Below, in pieces: positions 49,801 to 57,173 of a stretch of 64,000 nucleotides of DNA. The notes beneath the pieces are model-generated. The model was not told the DNA's origin. It saw only the letters and a program-made list of their open reading frames with translations, and ran no database searches. How positions within the stretch are numbered: the first letter of the stretch is position 1; each line of letters starts with the position of its first letter. Both the position numbers and the translations under genes were made by a program. The stretch spans positions 7,965-71,964 of the forward strand of contig JBAYGC010000004.1 in NCBI GenBank assembly GCA_041666845.1, in the 5' to 3' direction. The DNA is from Patescibacteria group bacterium. Lineage in GTDB: Bacteria > Patescibacteriota > Patescibacteriia > UM-FILTER-42-10.

Positions 49801-50161
49801 CGGAATTACCGGCGTCTAATAATGCCTGACCAAATTGTTTAGTATTGAATAACGGCTTTTGTCCGGCCGCGCCGCTCGCTATCTTCACTGCCGTATCATA
49901 AGCCAACTGTTGGGTAAAAGTCCTTAATGCATTTTTGAAAGCAATGTCCGAAGATTTTTCAACAGCAGAGGTGATGGCTTGCCACAATTTTGCCGGAATG
50001 TCCTGAATAACTGTCGTAAAAGTTACATCACCAACACCAAATAATGCGTTTGCCGGCTTCGGGATAAAAAGAAAAAGTTGTATCAGAAATGTAACAAAAA
50101 TAAAAACACCAATTAGTTTTCCTTTGAAATGGTGTTTAGGATTTTTTTGATCGCCACTCAT
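40817..50161 (-). CDS. Giant (3114 aa) Cys-rich secreted protein with two PA14-like domains and a C-terminal PKD domain; putative adhesin
   Basis: N-terminal signal/TM. PA14-like stretches (DGVRIWVDD…WHPVKIEFTNGGGYGGVQM and GYKFFIDDLTVP…WHPIMIEYYQKLGNSSMQFNWQ). PKD signature near the C-terminus (IDWGDGSTS…HLFSHTYDEPG). Numerous Cys pairs. Confidence 0.7.
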   Translation of the reverse strand: MSGDQKNPKHHFKGKLIGVFIFVTFLIQLFLFIPKPANALFGVGDVTFTTVIQDIPAKLWQAITSAVEKSSDIAFKNALRTFTQQLAYDTAVKIASGAAGQKPLFNTKQFGQALLDAGNSAVGDYLDQITSEAWGKSICDINPTLKVSITESINLDLGLPTPGSDRKAKCDVTSIVSKFTDGTLFSADIDLGFAIKGVDPAQLSRTILQEFPNMFGEDTAQVGQYLKIYREAKTEKQKAEEAEAAKQAKDFTALTSIVTGDIKTPAATIEAAQNFALWETTTADKTSTGSIIADMIGTFTNTLVKKYMEYILVKGLNPAADNTGFDQGKFGRSSGIAAAEAKFASFNQPSLSAGGSVDILNKLSSCPTDFAEPENCAIDSSFRTAVEQQLRLEEAIELGYINGDKPFGYGDGGSQLNYQEGYPYRSLVLLRRYRIVPVSWELAASYIREFGGGARSLNDLIKDFNDETSQYYQLIDPDWVLKAPATQCVNSGYNETFLFDEYIDDDGIDETPKVRQIQRNTSCVDDQSCIAEDETGNCLEYGYCTKEDPIWRFNGESCPDYYNTCTTYTDRQGQPASYLATTLDFNGCSADNVGCQWYCKEYNQTDERWECYWDDLNNDDYSAWSDGVVGPSGYVPPAAGASWLSHLTASAETCDASAAGCDEFIRTTNGTNLHTNPSFDYYDNLSVPDDGIADNFDSAWAPVFGAEVEIVTPNTPGDSPYAGNNALILNSGPALTELLVGSAETGSPVSSRTFTVSIYAKKDPNDLASCNNNSRLEIVDAINVPLESVNIDNISSEWQRYVVTYTYPDSFPIGTEHVAFEIAPDSGCNLLLDATMVEESKIASEYVDYGAINKVYLNGERDTCDPLDVGCQFYTPLLSGDPVPAQIRPSDECSAEDVGCKAFEEVKLTTVMPDPNNIERSGQYCYGGPNEGEACLINADCGTGACLPVISFIPDTGEQCSAAYVGCEEYTNLDEVAAGGEGIEYYSFLKQCVPTNSANIDTYYAWEGDAVAGYQLRSFRLKQSNIVYTGGPVEVGNAPCTHLNVDPNPTNLTCADTNANIQADSECSAVYGTDPDCTQFFDASLHVFYRYKSMTISVTDDCHPERNSIDGDTYYGTPSESRSCPAQYAGCREYLGNSGYNYRQIFSDDFEDGTTMSWAPGTVSNNSIIVGGHSLNTNANTEKPVTLEDGKTYELKFWGRSDSASDNMYIKFNTAIGAVGGDNWFADQSGTTFPPEVWLTPEWQEFRLGPVTINTSDTALWSGLPTALQFQNVGSQIYLDNIELVETTTNRYLVRGSYDTCYGSENCEAYSDVDSNIHYLMSFSKLCSEDTVGCEALIDTANTRSPYAEEFGDPAQTLSHVITPDDSLVTVINNPDNYCSADNQGCSRLGLPNFDEENNLISYEDVYLKDNAAEYDNIWCDNSESGCEEYGFSGGGGKTYFKQPIDGRTCEYKQLQGSYDFDWYISGTETPCETTPTPPSPAIPAFVCEGGTPAAAPNTICNPDDAVPCADSARCVPWVGLCDSKADGCTAYSDPLDPIGCQPLCPYEGDTVLFDENCVVTPGGLPGCSTYYNIKSSVDSTSCNGVVNAEKGCVLFSDTTQSLNYTADLSPDGQEFYCDLGNPVTYGNDCDVDADCGAGGLCIENPEFGPPVLGRFGTCIGGTNPNDLCTSGGAECLGGGACSLYTAGGSPIADSNTVLKVKRDRVCDEWLYCKTSFEVDDNTDLDGDGKTKEDVCFEIGLCDELGSNGSCISTIDPGPTNVTGDTAAYPLDEFQNLSGYVSAGLQYGCRDDHSVDCTVATEATTCAGLGDKCDIIEGYYPYSEMYEVGLGGAITKDLVRFGDFESNALSRFMVCDENMDNKDTSCVVDENCVPDENLTAIPNCITAEEEGSWTAIFPDLDSSVSVVEGPETVGNSALDENNYLLYSAGSQGVCDDLSTNQGTICTVAGGECVIGSCEFTGLGIKTSLGTNILNNTEYIASLDFRFENLPEAGQETISVSLAQFENGNIVGENFLGYFDGSTGWEQQVLKPVRINGIPDENAETFLLIRNMGGNVSFSVDNVSMKPALAVKASDSPGIRGDFYTFVYQPSSTSVSGLNEECFTDGNLTTACPGNPYIVPKINWYEPCIACNAGDTALCTLCGNGDATVTIPGEMDPLVPDNADFIVANSSGRWEGGINIPTSGYQTLFFNVNDGVRIWVDDMAAGSEIVSAWGSIPTLGYMWSQYFTAGWHPVKIEFTNGGGYGGVQMGRTSGQWNPTNCGGGIPDAFCINYAWDQNGDGVISPLTEGMLFPTYNRITAIPSNYLIPQVELTTELELVFGNYLGTYVSDYLNYDNASMPTLLNDNAGATEMVAVRWAGKLLVENTGNHLFNLVVDDGYKFFIDDLTVPVQENWTDGVHNDSFTVNGLDAGWHPIMIEYYQKLGNSSMQFNWQPPGAPAITAVPAENLSTTDGDQKYLIRSCRAYPREDSEVCQYTNSDLVQFNGWQGYCIETDPTNPDKCITWWPVDVISGESSVFGTVDPAGYKGRRPLYMCVEATGNYDDTTLLVGNDDENSLCGASNIVTDLVGKVAGYRRNLVTNFTHAGDIEETCDGDDSGCGSLEDLGWCENYDGQRPLSDNAWGFCSCRGGGGINTTVLAQGSDRTYHDWEIDRIEWVQQRSSHSDWPGGGATWIANAENDWDISWDGNDNHLRIKTNFSATDHTIDNYYVYMEDGSGGSGGMWVMGYVYLRDVCTEVAKVASISDDKAWAQRTANTSSYQIRDILYKYNENAAPFGAIVAGQGDDPGSTWDSSVSDGMQPLYIENFDSTPTPPVNNTRAGSPYSCDGDCVPKVCMGGSYDTVHRGTQYACTTDADCGGEDGNRGVCVGLGYCSGDVTKYCTDDAYCTSVNAGSCVGAAARNAGDGVNQATGFDGNVWAVDNLQRIFAYVYDAWFWDVDTATYEKINPANPSWNYVWNNEFNHMPLCNTDGAGPRPTWPPDNDYCAILPAIDNVLINGADGDVELFGGGSITLSFTSFVDPEQEALKNIVIDWGDGSTSSIVWNGAPKSDPSQPHLFSHTYDEPGATQIYNIEIMLKDNWGFCNDQNSATPGLRPCDINSTTQNYQEFNGTITVQPS

Positions 50162-50194
50162 ATTTCTTATAGAAATAATTAAACTCCCGAGATA

Positions 50195-51028
50195 TTATAA
50201 CCCCTCTTGCAACGCTTGCGTGTATAAAAGCAGTAGAGTCTCATCATCTACCTGGCTCAAATCCGATTCACTCACTCCGCTACTAATAAGTAGCTGCCTG
50301 ATTTGCGTCGCATCCAGTTTTTGTAAAGCATCTACCGTAATCTCTTGCCCGGCAGAATCACTTGGCACTCCGGTGTTGGTATTCTTAAGATCATTGATAT
50401 CAATGCCGGTATCAGTGACTGTATCCTGGTAAACAGATTTGAGTGTCGCGTCATCCATGGCATCCACGATATTTGCCGGCGCACCTAGCTCTTTCAATGT
50501 CGCTCTCAAATCCGCGGAAGAAATATCAGCTGTCACAGTTGCACTATTAGTTGAACTGTTAATATTCGTGTTTCCGGCAACCGGGGTGATCACACAAGTC
50601 TTACCCTTTGGACAGTTTGGATCACTTCCGCTGTCTAACTCGTCTTTGTCTGTAATATTATCTCCATCAGAATCCGCTAAATACGGACTAGTCTCATAAA
50701 TATTGAGCTCATCATAATCATTTAACCCATCCTGATCCGTATCTTTGCCCTTCAGAAAGACCAACTGAACATCTTCTGATGTACTATTTACTAACGAATT
50801 ATCAGTGCTATCGCTATTATCACCAGATAATGGAGCCTTAATAGTGCCAGTAATCTGGAACACACCCAGAATCATTGCACTAAAACCAATAAATAAAACG
50901 GCTCCAAAAATTATACTCTGACGCTTTTGGGAATCGATTTGTGACTTTTTGTTTTGATTTTCCTGGGGTGAGACTATATCCATAACTCGTTTGTGGAGTG
51001 TATAATAGCTCAAAATTACGCGCCCCAA
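50195..51028 (-). CDS. Membrane-anchored protein with thrombospondin-type-3-like Ca-binding Asp-rich repeats
   Basis: TM helix. DTDQDGLNDYDE and DSDGDNITDKDE motifs. Confidence 0.5.
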   Translation of the reverse strand: MGRVILSYYTLHKRVMDIVSPQENQNKKSQIDSQKRQSIIFGAVLFIGFSAMILGVFQITGTIKAPLSGDNSDSTDNSLVNSTSEDVQLVFLKGKDTDQDGLNDYDELNIYETSPYLADSDGDNITDKDELDSGSDPNCPKGKTCVITPVAGNTNINSSTNSATVTADISSADLRATLKELGAPANIVDAMDDATLKSVYQDTVTDTGIDINDLKNTNTGVPSDSAGQEITVDALQKLDATQIRQLLISSGVSESDLSQVDDETLLLLYTQALQEGL

Positions 51029-51098
51029 TTATATCATAATAACCCCAAAGTGTCAAACTATGTATAACTAACTACCCTGAATCTCCCAGGATAAGCCA

Positions 51099-51971
51099 TT
51101 ATTCTAATATTTTCGCTAATATTAGACCCATTGTCAGACTTTTCCAGTCATTTATTGTGATATCCTGCGGTCTTAATTCTGGTTTTATACCATTTTCAGA
51201 TAAAATTCCCTTAATTTTCTGCGCGTCAGCGTGAAAACTATTGGTTAAATTGTTGTGAATCTGCTTGCGTTTGGCTGAAAAACCCCCTTTTACCACCTGA
51301 AAAAACTGTTTTTGGGTGAAGTTATAGCCATTTTGTGTATTTTCTTCCTTGATCTGTTTATCACTCTTAATCCCCTCAATCATGATCACTGAACTATCCA
51401 CCTTTGGTTTTGGCCAAAAGCAGTCTTTAGACACTGCTCTTACAATGCGTGGATTACCGAAATATTGCACAGAAACCGCCAAAAGACTCAATTCGGAAGG
51501 CTTGGCAGTAATTCTTTCCGCCACTTCCTTTTGAATCAATACTGACATTGTTTTAGGCTTTGGATCCTGCTCCAGAAATTTTCTCAAGACATATGAAGTA
51601 ATGTTATATGGAATATTCGCGACAATTTTGTATTGCTCACCCCCCATCAGTTTACTGACATCCATTTTGATAATATCCTGATGAATTACTTCAATCGCCG
51701 GAAAAGATTTTTCTAATTTTTTAAGTGCCGGGATAAATCTTTTTTCCAGCTCTACCGCCCAGACTTTATTGACCTTCTCCGCCAGTTTCTTTGTTAATGG
51801 CCCGAAGCCGGCGCCGATCTCCAGTACATTGTCATCAGGTTTAAGTTGTGCCGAATCAACAATCGCATCCAACACCTCTTCGTCAACTAAAAAATTCTGT
51901 CCGCTCTCCCGCTGAGGACGGATGCCGAAGTTCTTAGTCAGATATTTTATTTCCGCTTCTAGATTATTCAA
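51099..51971 (-). CDS. rsmA: 16S rRNA (adenine1518/1519-N6)-dimethyltransferase RsmA/KsgA
   Basis: QNFLVDEEVLDAIVD, SAM motif LEIGAGFGPLTKKL, IVANIPYNITS. Confidence 0.85.
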   Translation of the reverse strand: MNNLEAEIKYLTKNFGIRPQRESGQNFLVDEEVLDAIVDSAQLKPDDNVLEIGAGFGPLTKKLAEKVNKVWAVELEKRFIPALKKLEKSFPAIEVIHQDIIKMDVSKLMGGEQYKIVANIPYNITSYVLRKFLEQDPKPKTMSVLIQKEVAERITAKPSELSLLAVSVQYFGNPRIVRAVSKDCFWPKPKVDSSVIMIEGIKSDKQIKEENTQNGYNFTQKQFFQVVKGGFSAKRKQIHNNLTNSFHADAQKIKGILSENGIKPELRPQDITINDWKSLTMGLILAKILE

Positions 51972-51988
51972 AATATATTTATTTACAA

Positions 51989-52600
51989 TTAAACAACAAC
52001 ACTCCCTTTTCTCAATATAATTATTTTACTGGATGCGACTTTTACGATAGTTGAAGGTTTAACTTCCGGCAGTTTGCCCGCATCCACTACCAAATCAATT
52101 TTTTGATCAAACCCGTGAATTTGTTTCTTAATCGCGCTGACAGAATAACACTCTTTTCCCTTTGACTGATTTGCGCTGGTGCTGATTATCGGTCGACCTA
52201 ATTCATCGGCAATTGTGCGGGCAATTTTATTCCCGGACACTCTTACTGCCAAACTCGGTTTTCTGGCAGTAAGCATTGCTGGAATATTTTTTTTCTTTTT
52301 TAATACTAACGTCAAGGCGCCCGGCCAGAATTTTTTCGCAAGTAGAAGTGATGGGGAATTAAACATAACAAACTTTCTGGCCTGTTTTAAATCACCGACA
52401 ATTACAGGTAGTGGAAGCTTTACTGATCGTCTTTTTATGGCGTAAATCTTTTTTATTACTTCTTTGTTCAGAGCATCGCCACCTACGGCATAGGCGGTTT
52501 CCGTCGGATAGACAATTACACTACCAGATTTCAGATGCGCGACAATTTTATTTAGCGTTTGTTTGGAAAGTCTATTATTTTGGACAGAAACAGTCTCCAT
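51989..52600 (-). CDS. tsaC: L-threonylcarbamoyladenylate synthase (YrdC/TsaC domain)
   Basis: VIVYPTETAYAVGGDA, FWPGALTLVL, PIISTSANQSKG motifs. Confidence 0.8.
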   Translation of the reverse strand: METVSVQNNRLSKQTLNKIVAHLKSGSVIVYPTETAYAVGGDALNKEVIKKIYAIKRRSVKLPLPVIVGDLKQARKFVMFNSPSLLLAKKFWPGALTLVLKKKKNIPAMLTARKPSLAVRVSGNKIARTIADELGRPIISTSANQSKGKECYSVSAIKKQIHGFDQKIDLVVDAGKLPEVKPSTIVKVASSKIIILRKGSVVV

Positions 52601-52606
52601 GAATTT

Positions 52607-53785
52607 CTATAATACATTAATGAATAATGATACTAGGGCGGCTAGTGGAAAGGCTAAACCCATGCCCCCCAGGGCAATTACTAAAAGCATAAAGCTCAAT
52701 ATTATAACTCGCCCCAAACCGATAGCCATTTCGCGCAGTACCGTATATTCATCAACATAATGGCCGGAATCAGCCGCTTTTTCATACATCAACGCGTCAA
52801 ATGGAGTGCGCATCACAATAGTTGCAAAACTGTGGTATGTCGACGCGATAAAGATTTGGAAACCGGTAGTAACAAAAGTTTTAATCAGCCAACCAACCGC
52901 ATACAAAATAGAGCCGGTACGCATCAGTTTCTTTTTGCGCATCTGATCTGTATATTTCCCCATTCCCAATTGAATAATAATAGTCAGCAACACAACTACC
53001 GAGGAGATGATGCCGATCATCAGATATTTGCCATCTAGAATTTGCCAGACAAAGATCGGCCATAAAACAACCCCGACCGAATTTTCCGCCCCATCCGCGC
53101 CGTAAGCTAGAAGCATTCTCCGGTTTTTTTTATGAAAAAGTTTTTTGAATGTTTCGAAGTAACCGAAGCTGTACTTCTCATAAACCGCCCTGGTTAAAAG
53201 AAACGGGATCAATGACAGAGTGATCAGAATAATTACTACCACAAACAGTATTTGAAAATTAAACTGGTCCAAAATAAATCCGCCGGCAAACGGAACGGCA
53301 ATGCTGACCAGCGATGCGATTGCCGCCAGAAAGCTGATTTGCTTCCCTCGGTTGCGCCGGTCCGTGAATTCGGCAAAGTCAGTGTGGTACGGAACCCAGT
53401 AAAACATCCGGTAGATTGTGAGAAAAACCAAAGAGGCAATTGTAAATACCCAGATATTGGATTCAAAATAATAAAAACAGACGTAATGTAAAACCAAAAA
53501 AGGAATGCTCAAAATGAGCGTCTTTTTCAGATTTATCCTGGACATTACACGGGCGCCGATCGGACAAGTGAAAAAATAGGCTAGATACCCTATTAAAAAA
53601 TAATAGATAACGTAGTAAATATTTTTGTCATATACCAGGTAAAGAAAAACGGGCAAAAAAAGCCCGAGCATTCCATTCGCCACCTGCAGAATCACCCGAT
53701 TCATATACAGCGAAATCACTCCTGAAGAAAGTTCGCTCTTCAGATAGAATTTTGAAAAAAATCCGCTCATCTTATTTGACCACAA
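52607..53785 (-). CDS. Polytopic membrane transporter, MFS-like
   Basis: About 12 predicted TM helices across 392 aa. No definitive MFS signature was read, so the call is topology-based. Confidence 0.5.
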   Translation of the reverse strand: MWSNKMSGFFSKFYLKSELSSGVISLYMNRVILQVANGMLGLFLPVFLYLVYDKNIYYVIYYFLIGYLAYFFTCPIGARVMSRINLKKTLILSIPFLVLHYVCFYYFESNIWVFTIASLVFLTIYRMFYWVPYHTDFAEFTDRRNRGKQISFLAAIASLVSIAVPFAGGFILDQFNFQILFVVVIILITLSLIPFLLTRAVYEKYSFGYFETFKKLFHKKNRRMLLAYGADGAENSVGVVLWPIFVWQILDGKYLMIGIISSVVVLLTIIIQLGMGKYTDQMRKKKLMRTGSILYAVGWLIKTFVTTGFQIFIASTYHSFATIVMRTPFDALMYEKAADSGHYVDEYTVLREMAIGLGRVIILSFMLLVIALGGMGLAFPLAALVSLFINVL

Positions 53786-56700
53786 TATTTAACAGCTTGC
53801 CCGGTACAAATATTTTCTTGACGACTTGCTTATCTGCAATCAATTCCTGAATTTTACTGCTTTGCTCTAAATATTGTAGCACATCTTCCTCCGTAACGTC
53901 AGCCGGCATCAGGCATTTATCTTTCAGCTTGCCGTTGATTTGTATCACAAACTCAATTTTCTGGTCTTTAACCAGTCTCGGATCAAATTTCGGCCAGGAT
54001 TCCAGATGGATAGATTTATTGTTTCCCAGTTGTAACCATAATTCTTCAGTTAAATGTGGTGCAAATGGGGATAATATCAGTAATAATTTTTCAAATGTAA
54101 TCTTATCAATCTTCCTTGCTCCCTGCATTTCATTGACCAAAATCATTAAAGCTGAGACAGCCGTATTAAACCGGAATTCATTGATGTCTTCCGTTACCTT
54201 TTTAATCGTTTTATGCAGTAGACTCTTTATCTTTTCATCAACACCCTTAACCCCTAATCCCTTAGCCCTTAATCCTAATAAATAAACTTTATCCAAAAAT
54301 CTTCTCACTCCCACAATCCCCTTCGTATCCCAAGGAATCGCCTCGGCAAACGGGCCCATGAACATTTCATACATCCGCAGAGTATCCGCGCCGTATTCTT
54401 TTACCACGTCGTCGGGATTGATTACGTTGCCCAGCGATTTCGACATTTTCTTACCATCTTCCGCTAGCACCATACCGTGTGAAATTCGTTTTTGATATGG
54501 CTCGGATGTCGGCACTAACTTCAAATCGTAAAGCGCTTTGTGCCAGAACCGGGAATATAATAGATGCAGTGTCGTGTGTTCCATCCCGCCGTTGTATAAA
54601 TCAACCGGCGTCCAGTATTTCAATGCTTGCTGTGAAGCAAACTCTTTGTCATTATGCGGATCCGTATAACGCAAGAAATACCAACTGGAACCCGCCCAGT
54701 TCGGCATGGTGTCCGTCTCCCTTTTTGCTTTACCACCACACTTGGGACATTTCACATTCACCCAATCTTTAATTCCCGCCAGCGGTGACTCGCCGGTTTC
54801 TGTCGGTTCGTAGTTTTTAACTTTTGGCAGTTCCACGGGCAAATCTTTTTCCAGCACCGACACGATTCCGCATTTTTCGCAGTGAACTAATGGAATCGGC
54901 TCGCCCCAGTAATGCTGACGGGAAAAAATCCAATCACGGAGTTTATATTGCACTGAAGAATCTGCTAAACCCAATTTCTTTAAATCTTCAATAATCTTTA
55001 CTTTAGCACCCAGTTTACCAAACGAAGTTAATCCATTATATTTGCCTGAATTTATTAAGTTACCTTCCCCAGCAAATACTGACTTATTTGCAACAATTTC
55101 GGGATGTGGTTGATTTTCTGAATGAACAATTATCGGTTCAATTACTTTTATTACTGGCAACTTATACTTCGTTGCAAATTCAAAATCCCGTTCATCATGA
55201 GCCGGTACGGCCATAATCGCGCCAGTGCCATATCCCGTCAGCACATAATCCGCGACCCAAACCGGAATCTCTTCACCACTGGCCGGATTGATTGCTTTGA
55301 CTCCTTTCAGTTCAACCCCGGTTTTGTCTTTTGCCAGATCCGTTCTCTCCAAATCGCTTTTATTCTGGGATGCTTTAATATATTTTTCTACTTCTTCAAA
55401 ATTATTAATTTCCGGTTTCAGCTTCTCCACCAATTCATGTTCCGGCGCCAATACCAGATAGGTCGCACCGAATATCGTATCCGGCCGGGTAGTAAATATT
55501 TTTACCGAAGGAATTAAATCATCCAGCAGTTCCGGCAGTTTTATAATACCTTTGCGTTCATTAAAATGGCCTTTCCCCGGTAGTAGTTTAAAACTCGCTT
55601 CTGGGATGTGCTTCTTATAAAAATCTATCGATTCTGGTGAGATGTATGGATCATCGTCAGAATAATATACCACTACTTTTCTGACATTCTGCTTGATCTT
55701 TTTCCAGTCGAATTTTAAATCAGCAAATTTCTTTATTGCATCCCAATCAGCATGGGGAAATTCTTTGTTTAAGTGTTTCCAATCCTGAAGCGGATTGACC
55801 GGAGCAACCATAATTAGTTGATCAATTTCTCGATTGGTTTCTTGAATAAGATTTAAAGCGGCTGGCGCACCTAGGCTATGGCAGACAATAGTTGAAACAT
55901 CGCTAAAAGAGTCCATAAGAGCTTTTGTCCAATCATTAACTACCGGGTGATCGGTAGCAGGAAGATCGGGTACGCCTACTTGCCACCCTTCTTCTTGTAA
56001 TACATTTTTTAGCCAAGGAAACCAATTCTCCCTTCGATGACCACTTACCCCGTGCACAATTAAACAATGCTTCGTTTTATTCCCCGCTAATCTTGGATAT
56101 TTAATTTTAAAAGATACCTCCGCGCCTTCACTGCGCCCGATCCAGTTGATCTGCTGAGATTTTATCTTTTCCAGATAATCAACCGTATCCAAATCGTCAA
56201 TCAGACGCTGGGCATACTGAGTTATTTTAAACATCCATTGTTTCAAATTCTTTTTGGTTACTTCCGTACCACAGCGCTCGCATTTGCCGTTCACTACTTC
56301 CTCATTAGCTAGTCCGATCTTACAGGAAGGACACCAGTTAATCGGCATTTCACTTTGATAGACCAGTCCTTTCTTATACAGCTGTAAAAAAATCCACTGC
56401 GTCCATTTATAATATTCCGTGTCGGTAGTAACCACTTCTCTGGACCAATCAAAAGAGAGCCCCAGGGATTTTAATTGTGTGCGGAAACGTTCTATATTAT
56501 CTTTAGTAATGTCGGCTGGATTTTTTTTAACCTTAATCGCGTAATTTTCTGTCGGCAGACCGAATGCGTCAAAACCGATGGGGAAAAGGACATTATTGCC
56601 TTCCATCCGTTTTTTGCGCGCCACGATGTCGAGTGCCGTATAACTGCGCGGGTGACCGACATGCAATCCTTCCGCCGAAGGATACGGAAATTCAATCAAA

Positions 56701-56816
56701 CAGTAGAATTTGTCCTTTTTAGGATCGTCTTTTGTCACATAAAGACCGTCCTGACTCCACTTGTCCTGCCACTTTTTTTCGATTAAGTGATGATCGTACT
56801 TCTCTGCCTCGGACAT
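53772..56816 (-). CDS. leuS: Leucyl-tRNA synthetase with an inserted alpha/beta-hydrolase (YdeN/RBBP9-like serine hydrolase) domain upstream of the CP1 editing domain
   Basis: HIGH = HVGH. Zn knuckle CPSC…CERCG. WIGRSEGAEVSF. TTRPDT editing motif. GTGAIMAVPAHDERD. KMSKS. About 190 extra residues (aa ~245-435, nt ~55512-56084) lie between WIGRSEGAEVSFKI and IFTTRPDT, with IVHGVSGH…VCHSLGA…MVAPV…SDDDP…GKGHF, i.e. GxSxG nucleophile-elbow hydrolase architecture. Confidence 0.85.
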   Translation of the reverse strand: MSEAEKYDHHLIEKKWQDKWSQDGLYVTKDDPKKDKFYCLIEFPYPSAEGLHVGHPRSYTALDIVARKKRMEGNNVLFPIGFDAFGLPTENYAIKVKKNPADITKDNIERFRTQLKSLGLSFDWSREVVTTDTEYYKWTQWIFLQLYKKGLVYQSEMPINWCPSCKIGLANEEVVNGKCERCGTEVTKKNLKQWMFKITQYAQRLIDDLDTVDYLEKIKSQQINWIGRSEGAEVSFKIKYPRLAGNKTKHCLIVHGVSGHRRENWFPWLKNVLQEEGWQVGVPDLPATDHPVVNDWTKALMDSFSDVSTIVCHSLGAPAALNLIQETNREIDQLIMVAPVNPLQDWKHLNKEFPHADWDAIKKFADLKFDWKKIKQNVRKVVVYYSDDDPYISPESIDFYKKHIPEASFKLLPGKGHFNERKGIIKLPELLDDLIPSVKIFTTRPDTIFGATYLVLAPEHELVEKLKPEINNFEEVEKYIKASQNKSDLERTDLAKDKTGVELKGVKAINPASGEEIPVWVADYVLTGYGTGAIMAVPAHDERDFEFATKYKLPVIKVIEPIIVHSENQPHPEIVANKSVFAGEGNLINSGKYNGLTSFGKLGAKVKIIEDLKKLGLADSSVQYKLRDWIFSRQHYWGEPIPLVHCEKCGIVSVLEKDLPVELPKVKNYEPTETGESPLAGIKDWVNVKCPKCGGKAKRETDTMPNWAGSSWYFLRYTDPHNDKEFASQQALKYWTPVDLYNGGMEHTTLHLLYSRFWHKALYDLKLVPTSEPYQKRISHGMVLAEDGKKMSKSLGNVINPDDVVKEYGADTLRMYEMFMGPFAEAIPWDTKGIVGVRRFLDKVYLLGLRAKGLGVKGVDEKIKSLLHKTIKKVTEDINEFRFNTAVSALMILVNEMQGARKIDKITFEKLLLILSPFAPHLTEELWLQLGNNKSIHLESWPKFDPRLVKDQKIEFVIQINGKLKDKCLMPADVTEEDVLQYLEQSSKIQELIADKQVVKKIFVPGKLLNIVVK

Positions 56817-57173
56817 GCTAATTATCTTCCTTTCAAAACATTAATTTAGACCCTTGTTTACAGTATTTTAACACTTTTTGGCACTTATTGGAATCAACAA
56901 AACGTAGAAAAAATGGGGGTAATCTGTGCATTGGATCAAATATTTTGGCTAATCTAAGCTATTATTTCATCAATTTTTCATAAATTAATTTGACAAATGA
57001 AAGTGACCATGATAGCTTACTGAGTATCCTAAATCGCTCTGAACTAAAACACTGGTTTAGGTAATAAATTATGAAATACTAAAACAACTAATAGCTATTT
57101 TCTAAATCATAGAACATGGCTTTTAATTTGGGAGAAAACGATTAGTATTCAAATCAAAAAAACACTCAGTCAT

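Noticed and set aside
40817-50161. Dozens of short plus-strand ORFs (60-150 aa) antisense to the giant gene
   Set aside because: They are expected by chance opposite a 9.3-kb ORF, and none has promoter/RBS support or conservation.
55512-56084. Intein or IS-element explanation for the LeuRS insertion
   Set aside because: There are no Cys/Ser N-extein junction, HN C-terminal motif or homing-endonuclease blocks. The insert is in-frame with GxSxG hydrolase motifs and no inverted repeats.
56817-57173. Possible promoter TTGACA…TAGCTT in the LeuRS / M23 divergent region
   Set aside because: The -10 match is poor and several alternatives of similar quality exist. It is too ambiguous to call.
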